Source: Candidatus Gorgyraea atricola
GTDB lineage: Bacteria; Omnitrophota; Gorgyraeia; Gorgyraeales; Gorgyraeaceae
NCBI GenBank assembly: GCA_030765235.1
Contig: JAVCCW010000029.1
Coordinates: 311,666-375,665 of the forward strand
Reading direction: 5' to 3'
DNA length: 64,000 nucleotides
Shown in pieces: positions 58,748 to 64,000 of this stretch (position 1 is its first letter; the number at the start of each line of letters is the position of its first letter). The notes beneath the pieces were generated by a model. That model made no database searches. It was not told the origin of the DNA and was given only the letters and a program-made list of their open reading frames with translations. Made by a program: the position numbers and the translations under genes.

Positions 58748-60463
58748 ATGAGAAAGTCCAAGGATAAGTTGGGGCAAATATTACTTAACGAGAAGATCGT
58801 AACCGAGGAGCAGCTTAGAAAGGCCGTCGAGGTACAAAGGAAGGAAGGCGCAAAACTCGGTGACGTTCTGGTAAATCTTGGGCTTGTATCTGAAAAAGAT
58901 ATTGTGGTTGCGCTGGCAAAACAGTTAGCTATACCTTACGCGTCTTACTCTAAGGGACTCCTCAAGCCTACGGAAGGCCAGGATCTTGAAAAAGTAATAC
59001 CTGAAGAATATGCCCGCAGGCACATGCTTCTGCCTATTTCAAAACACCTGGATTCTCTTACCATTGCTTTTGTTGATCCTTTGGATTTAATTGCAATAGA
59101 CAATCTCAGACACATGACAGGATGCGAAATAAATCCTATTATAGCGACAAAATCCGATCTTCAGAGGGCCATCGACGAATTTTACGGAAGAGAGGACTTG
59201 CTTAAGGACGCAATAAGCGGTTCGTATGACCTCGAGGAATTTAAGACAGAAAAAATAAAAGAAGAAGATAATCTCAGCCTTGATGATTTGATCGCGCGCG
59301 CAGAAGAGGCGCCAGTGGTCAAGCTGGTCGATCTATTGCTTATGCAGGCCATAAAAGACAGGGTGAGTGATATACATATAGAGCCGTTTATGAACAAGAT
59401 AAATATAAGATACAGGATCGACGGCGTGCTTTATGAAATACCGCCTCCGGCAAAACATCTTATTTCTGCCATTGTTTCAAGGGTAAAGATACTGGCTAAT
59501 CTTGATATAGCAGAGAGGCGGCTTCCTCAGGACGGGGCGTTTTTAGTAAAGGTAGAGAACAAGGGCATTGATATACGTGTTTCAACAGTACCTGCTATCT
59601 ACGGCGAAAAGGTCGTTATGAGGATACTGGATAAGTCAGCGACTCCTTTGGATTTAAATCGCCTTGGCTTTGAGCCAAAGGCGCTTGAGAATTTTAAAAA
59701 GGCTATAAAGAGTCCGCATGGTTTGATCCTGGTGACAGGTCCGACAGGAAGCGGAAAGACCACCACACTTTATGCTGCCTTAAATGAGATCAAGAGTCCG
59801 CGTCAGAATATTTCTACGGTCGAGGATCCTGTGGAATATAAGATCGAGGGTATAAATCAGGTCCAGATAAAACCTTCTATAGGTCTGACATTCGCTGCTG
59901 CGCTCAGGGCATTTTTAAGGCAGGACCCTGATGTTATAATGGTAGGAGAGGTGAGAGATCTTGAGACTGCTCAGATATGCATACGGGCATCACTTACAGG
60001 ACATCTTGTTTTAAGCACGCTCCATACCAATGATGCGCCTAGCGCTATATCAAGGCTAATAGATATAGGTATCGAACCTTACTTGATAAGCTCTTCTTTG
60101 CTTGTTGTAGGCGCGCAAAGACTAGTGAGAAAATTGTGCCCTGAATGCAAGGAGGCGTATGAAACTCCGCCCAATCTAATAAGAGACTTTAAGCTAAAAC
60201 AGGAACTTTTATATAAGCCAAAGGGTTGTGCTGCGTGTAGTCACACAGGTTACAGGGGAAGGATAGCTATTTATGAGGTAATATTACTCAATGATAGACT
60301 AAAGGAATTAGTTTCAAAGGGCGCAGGCCTGGGCGAACTTAAGAAGGTAGTCAGGGAGATGGGCATAAGATCTCTTGTAGATAGCGGTATTGAAAAAGTA
60401 GAAGCCGGAGTTACCAGTATAGAGGAAGTATTGAGTATAGCAATGGTGGCAGGGGGAGAATAA
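58748..60463 (+). CDS. pilB: type IV pilus assembly ATPase PilB (GspE family)
   Basis: Walker A GPTGSGKTTTLYA, Asp box, tetra-Cys motif CPEC...CAAC. Confidence 0.9.
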   Translation: MRKSKDKLGQILLNEKIVTEEQLRKAVEVQRKEGAKLGDVLVNLGLVSEKDIVVALAKQLAIPYASYSKGLLKPTEGQDLEKVIPEEYARRHMLLPISKHLDSLTIAFVDPLDLIAIDNLRHMTGCEINPIIATKSDLQRAIDEFYGREDLLKDAISGSYDLEEFKTEKIKEEDNLSLDDLIARAEEAPVVKLVDLLLMQAIKDRVSDIHIEPFMNKINIRYRIDGVLYEIPPPAKHLISAIVSRVKILANLDIAERRLPQDGAFLVKVENKGIDIRVSTVPAIYGEKVVMRILDKSATPLDLNRLGFEPKALENFKKAIKSPHGLILVTGPTGSGKTTTLYAALNEIKSPRQNISTVEDPVEYKIEGINQVQIKPSIGLTFAAALRAFLRQDPDVIMVGEVRDLETAQICIRASLTGHLVLSTLHTNDAPSAISRLIDIGIEPYLISSSLLVVGAQRLVRKLCPECKEAYETPPNLIRDFKLKQELLYKPKGCAACSHTGYRGRIAIYEVILLNDRLKELVSKGAGLGELKKVVREMGIRSLVDSGIEKVEAGVTSIEEVLSIAMVAGGE

Positions 60464-60475
60464 GGAGCGCAAGAT

Positions 60476-61699
60476 ATGCCGTTTTTCAAGTATGTAGCGC
60501 GGGATAAAACTGGGAAGTTGACAGAGGAGACTATAGAGGCTGCTTCTGAAGCAGCACTCTTGAATTCATTACAGGCAAGAGGGCTTTTTGTTGTTTCTAT
60601 TGGCTCAGCTGCACAAGTAAAGCATGTAAAAAAGATGAAAAGGCGTTATCATCGCGGGGTCAAGACAGCTGATCTCATAATGTTCTCTAAGGAGCTGGCC
60701 ACGCTTTTAAGTGCAGGAGTGACTCTTATAAAGAGCCTGGATATATTATGCAAGCAGATAGAGTCGCAGCTTTTGCTGAGGGCCGTGGAAACTATAAAAA
60801 AGGATGTTGAAGGAGGTTATACATTTCAGAATGCATTAAGGAAGCACAACAAGATCTTTTCTGAGTTTTGGATCCATCTTGTTGAGACAGGAGAGGCCAG
60901 CGGTCATTTGCCTGTCAGCCTTGAACAGCTCGCAGGATACCTGGAAGAGAGCGCGTCGCTAAAAAGAAAGATCACATCGGCCATGATCTATCCAATAATA
61001 CTTATTTGTGTTGCAGTTGGCGCTATAGCGATATTTTTACTCAAGATCATCCCTATATTTTCTGAGATATTCAAGGGGTTTAACGTTGAGTTACCTTTAC
61101 TTACTCAAATGGTGATCATGGCGAGCAATATTGCGAGAAAGTATTTTTTAATCGTCGCTGGGATGGTGGTGGCACTATTTTTTATTCTCAAGAAATATGT
61201 ATCTACAAAAGCAGGGAGATGGCAGTTTGACAGTATTAAGCTAAAATTGCCTTTGATAGGACCGTTAATACAAGAGATAGCAACGGAGAGATTTGCAAGC
61301 GGCCTGGCAACTCTTCTTAAGAGCGGGGTTCCTATATTGCATGCCCTTGAGATCGCTGAAAAGACAGCAGGTAATAAATTAATGGAACAAGCGCTTAGAG
61401 ACGTAAAGACATCTGTAAGGGATGGTAAGGGCATGGCGCAGACCATGCAGGAGAGTGCCTTATTTTCTCCGCTTGTGGTTCAGATGATAGGTGTGGGGGA
61501 GGAGATAGGGGAGCTAGGCAAGATGCTGGACAGGATATCCGCATTCTATAAAGAACGGGTCAATACCTTTATTACGAGACTTACAACGATGTTTGAACCA
61601 CTGGTCCTGGTTTTTATGGGTATAGTGGTAGGTGTTCTTGTCGTGGCAATGTTTCTGCCCATATTCGGCATATCCAGCGCTATAAAAAGCTCTGGTTGA
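60476..61699 (+). CDS. pilC: type IV pilus inner-membrane platform protein PilC (GspF family)
   Basis: two T2SSF repeats; 407 aa. Confidence 0.9.
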   Translation: MPFFKYVARDKTGKLTEETIEAASEAALLNSLQARGLFVVSIGSAAQVKHVKKMKRRYHRGVKTADLIMFSKELATLLSAGVTLIKSLDILCKQIESQLLLRAVETIKKDVEGGYTFQNALRKHNKIFSEFWIHLVETGEASGHLPVSLEQLAGYLEESASLKRKITSAMIYPIILICVAVGAIAIFLLKIIPIFSEIFKGFNVELPLLTQMVIMASNIARKYFLIVAGMVVALFFILKKYVSTKAGRWQFDSIKLKLPLIGPLIQEIATERFASGLATLLKSGVPILHALEIAEKTAGNKLMEQALRDVKTSVRDGKGMAQTMQESALFSPLVVQMIGVGEEIGELGKMLDRISAFYKERVNTFITRLTTMFEPLVLVFMGIVVGVLVVAMFLPIFGISSAIKSSG

Positions 61700-61716
61700 C
61701 ATAAAAAGAAAAAAGA

Positions 61717-61744
61717 TTTGACTTAATACTGTTTTAATGTATAC
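61717..61744 (+). promoter_or_regulatory. sigma70-type promoter TTGACT-16-TATACT upstream of the first pilin gene
   Basis: hexamers read directly; AGGGGGAG Shine-Dalgarno follows. Confidence 0.45.
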
Positions 61745-61774
61745 TTTATTTATAAAAACGAAAGGGGGAGTAAC

Positions 61775-62197
61775 ATGAGAAGTAAAGGTTTTACGCTGGT
61801 AGAAGTATTGATAGTCGTTATCATCATAGGTATCCTCGCTGCCATAGGCATACCGCAGTTTTCAGCTGCTATGGAAAAAGCAAAAGGCGGTGAGGCAAGG
61901 GCAGGCCTGGGGCATATACAGACCGCAGAAAAGATTTATTTTGCAGAAAACGACGCATATATTGGTGAACTTGGGGATACTAGTCTAGATTCATTACCGA
62001 TCAGTGCCTTAGATTTGACTTTGACTCAGAAATACTGGACCTTTACAATTGACGTACCAGGCGAGAATGAAGATGGCGGTGCAACTGGCTACACGGCAAC
62101 TGCGACAAGGAAAGGTGGATCCACAGCCTATCAAAATGACACTATTATGATGGACAACACCGGAGAGATAGGCGGAACTTGGGATTTTATTAATTAG
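61775..62197 (+). CDS. type IV pilin (prepilin-type N-terminal cleavage/methylation domain)
   Basis: MRSKGFTLVEVLIVVIIIGILAAIGIPQF class III signal. Confidence 0.8.
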   Translation: MRSKGFTLVEVLIVVIIIGILAAIGIPQFSAAMEKAKGGEARAGLGHIQTAEKIYFAENDAYIGELGDTSLDSLPISALDLTLTQKYWTFTIDVPGENEDGGATGYTATATRKGGSTAYQNDTIMMDNTGEIGGTWDFIN

Positions 62198-62261
62198 GGT
62201 ATGTTAAATAGGGCATGATCCGTTCTCAAACAACGGGGCATGTTATGCAAGGAGAAAGATT

Positions 62262-62675
62262 ATGACAAAAAGAGGTTTTACCCTTTTAGAGGTTCTTATT
62301 GTCGTTATCATCATAGGTATACTTGCTGCGATTGCCTTGCCACAGTATACAAGCACCCTTGAGAAGGCAAAATCAGCCGAAGCCTTAACTGGATTAGGGT
62401 CTCTTAGGAGCTCTATGGATCGATATTGGTATGATCAGATGGCTACATCTGCATATACGCAGTTAAGCGGCGCTGCCGGGGTAGATAGTTTAGATGTGGA
62501 GGTTGATGTTACAACGTGGACTTATACTATAGATGATGCCGGCGATACAGACGGCAGAGATTATGTTATACAGGCAACTAAAGGTGATTTTTGGATAGAT
62601 ATAGATGAAGACGGGAATACTGCCAAGTCTACGAATTTGGGAGGGGATGGTACTGGGTTAAGTACAGGCAGCTAA
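62262..62675 (+). CDS. type IV pilin paralog
   Basis: MTKRGFTLLEVLIVVIIIGILAAIALPQY. Confidence 0.8.
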   Translation: MTKRGFTLLEVLIVVIIIGILAAIALPQYTSTLEKAKSAEALTGLGSLRSSMDRYWYDQMATSAYTQLSGAAGVDSLDVEVDVTTWTYTIDDAGDTDGRDYVIQATKGDFWIDIDEDGNTAKSTNLGGDGTGLSTGS

Positions 62676-62693
62676 AAAAGAGCCAATTGATAT

Positions 62694-63101
62694 ATGAAGA
62701 TTAAGTGGCGCAGGATAGGTTTTACGCTTACGGAATTATTGATCGTAGTGATAATAATCGGAGTGCTGGCGACCCTGGCACTTCCGATGCTTGTCAAGAC
62801 ACTTGAAAAGGCAAAGGTCGGAGAGGCGATAAGCAATTTAAATCTCATAAGGACAGGACAAAAAGTCTATTATCTGGAATATGGGCAATTTTCCGATACT
62901 GTAGGCCGTTTGAATATAGAAAATCCAAATAGTGCAGCAACTAGCTATTTTGATTATACCGTTGAAGACTCGGATAGTTCTGATTTTACTGCAAGGGCTC
63001 AAAGAAAGAGTGACGCCCCATCTCCCTACAGCACGTATTATTATGAAATAGGTAAGAACGGTACAGTTAGTTCCGAACCAACCCCTGGCAACCCCTTTTA
63101 A
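62694..63101 (+). CDS. type IV pilin paralog
   Basis: GFTLTELLIVVIIIGVLATLALPMLV. Confidence 0.75.
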   Translation: MKIKWRRIGFTLTELLIVVIIIGVLATLALPMLVKTLEKAKVGEAISNLNLIRTGQKVYYLEYGQFSDTVGRLNIENPNSAATSYFDYTVEDSDSSDFTARAQRKSDAPSPYSTYYYEIGKNGTVSSEPTPGNPF

Positions 63102-63111
63102 GTAATCAATA

Positions 63112-63480
63112 ATGAACAATAAAGGTTTTACCCTTACAGAGATCATAGTAGCGGTGCTCATTATAGTCATCGCGTCAACTGGTCTATTGGGAGCGTTTTT
63201 TGGAGGGCAACAGATAATGGAGCGTTCATGGCACAGGATGCAGGCGTTGAATTTTGCAATAGAGGCACATGAGAAGTTAAGGGCCGGTTATAATTACAAT
63301 GATTCTGAAATGTCTGTGGGTGCCCATACAGAGGCAGACATAGGGACTGTTCTAAAAGGAGATCTCGCGGACTCAGATCTGAGCGCAGTTCTTACCTATG
63401 ATGTAATAGCAGAACCAGAACCAGCAAGCTATAAGGAAGTGGCTATAAATGTCAGCTGGGACGAGAGGAGTTTTGAATAA
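63112..63480 (+). CDS. prepilin-type minor pilin (PilV/GspI-like)
   Basis: MNNKGFTLTEIIVAVLIIVIASTGLLGAF. Confidence 0.65.
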   Translation: MNNKGFTLTEIIVAVLIIVIASTGLLGAFFGGQQIMERSWHRMQALNFAIEAHEKLRAGYNYNDSEMSVGAHTEADIGTVLKGDLADSDLSAVLTYDVIAEPEPASYKEVAINVSWDERSFE

Positions 63481-64000
63481 AAAGGGGCTTACCTTAATAG
63501 AAGTCATACTGTCAATGGCCCTTTTGAGTATTATATTTCTGGCAGTGTCTTCTTTGTATGTTGCCAATCACAGGTTCTACCTTACTGCAAATGATAAGGT
63601 AAACATAAACTATGAATTGCAATACGCCTTTCAGCATATTTATGAGAATGTGATCACTGGGATAGGAGATAAGAATAACCTTGCCGTAGACATACAGGCA
63701 GGAAACCTCGAATTTAGTGTTCGGCAGATAGATGATATCGACCCGGACGCGCCGCCCACGTATAACGACTATGATGATGATTTAGATGTAGGCTATAAGA
63801 TCGACAGCGCTGCCAAGACTCTTTTATTTGACAGTGATGACGATGGCGTTTATGAAGAGTCTCTTGTTCCTACCATTGATATCCTTGGTACTGGCGGGCT
63901 GTCCAGTTTTACCTTAGAGGATAATGTGCTCATAATCAAGCTGACAGGCGAATCCAAGACATCAGTGGGAGACACAAAACAGCGCCTGACCATGTACTCT
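63473..64000 (+). CDS. prepilin-type minor pilin (PilW-like), 3' end outside window
   Basis: TTG start overlapping upstream stop; LNKKGLTLIEVILSMALLSIIFLAVS class III signal; open to window end. Confidence 0.55.
   Translation, partial: MNKKGLTLIEVILSMALLSIIFLAVSSLYVANHRFYLTANDKVNINYELQYAFQHIYENVITGIGDKNNLAVDIQAGNLEFSVRQIDDIDPDAPPTYNDYDDDLDVGYKIDSAAKTLLFDSDDDGVYEESLVPTIDILGTGGLSSFTLEDNVLIIKLTGESKTSVGDTKQRLTMYS

Noticed and set aside
430-63567. All minus-strand ORFs in the six-frame track (e.g. 1533-2108, 10178-10636, 29379-29933, 43417-44016, 47330-47704)
   Set aside because: Each lies antisense within, or overlapping, a + strand gene with strong homology-level motifs; no RBS or family signals; treated as shadow ORFs.
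1-64000. CRISPR array
   Set aside because: The abundant tandem repeats have 7-nt units with no spacers, or are palindromic hairpins; no 25-40 nt direct repeats separated by unique spacers anywhere.
1-64000. tRNA / rRNA genes
   Set aside because: No cloverleaf-compatible segments with GTTCRANYC T-loops outside CDSs were found; intergenic regions are short apart from 24.1-24.35, 47.5-48.0 and 48.76-49.06 kb, which do not fit tRNA.

Overview
Contiguous chromosomal segment from a low-GC bacterium, probably a candidate-phylum (Omnitrophica/CPR-like) organism; the phylum call is a guess from gene content. All ~65 credible genes lie on the + strand. Housekeeping content, in order, with gene assignments made from recognised motifs:
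- gap(partial)-pgk-tpiA-secG
- glgA, a class II Fic gene and a GH57 glucanase
- a five-gene Opp/Dpp-type peptide ABC transporter
- glgC plus a GNAT acetyltransferase
- leuCDB-asd, then truA
- rplM-rpsI
- argCJBDFGH
- lysA-dapF-dapA-dapB plus a DapL-like aminotransferase
- folK, panC-panD, nadA-nadX, uvrA
- a TPR protein followed by ExbB-ExbD-TonB
- a type IV pilus cluster: PilX-like minor pilin, excisionase-family HTH, PilM-N fusion, PilO, PilP, secretin PilQ, ATPase PilB, platform PilC and five tandem prepilin genes
No rRNA, tRNA or CRISPR array was seen.

Observations worth a second look:
1. Short hairpin elements built from 4-5 tandem heptanucleotide units. They occur as intergenic palindromes (two flank folK; one ~125-nt example sits between exbD and tonB). 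Single arms of the same repeats sit in-frame inside asd, dapF (twice) and the Aas-like gene, and overlap the 3' ends of folK and a small zinc-ribbon gene.
2. Two AT-rich accessory islets (24.1-27.2 kb and 47.5-49.0 kb). Each is preceded by a MITE-like element with 'CCCCGTTCCAAATTC' terminal inverted repeats and carries genes for secreted proteins. In the first islet two adjacent, otherwise unrelated proteins share a ~45-residue N-terminal leader (IRKVYYI...GDxVC...LRPYMQLE); one of them has a sugar-nucleotidyltransferase fold. This pair is the best candidate for an undescribed system.
3. A 25-nt motif shared between the islet promoter and the uvrA 5' UTR; a ~180-nt nested palindromic RNA-like element; and several REP-like hairpin families used as terminators.
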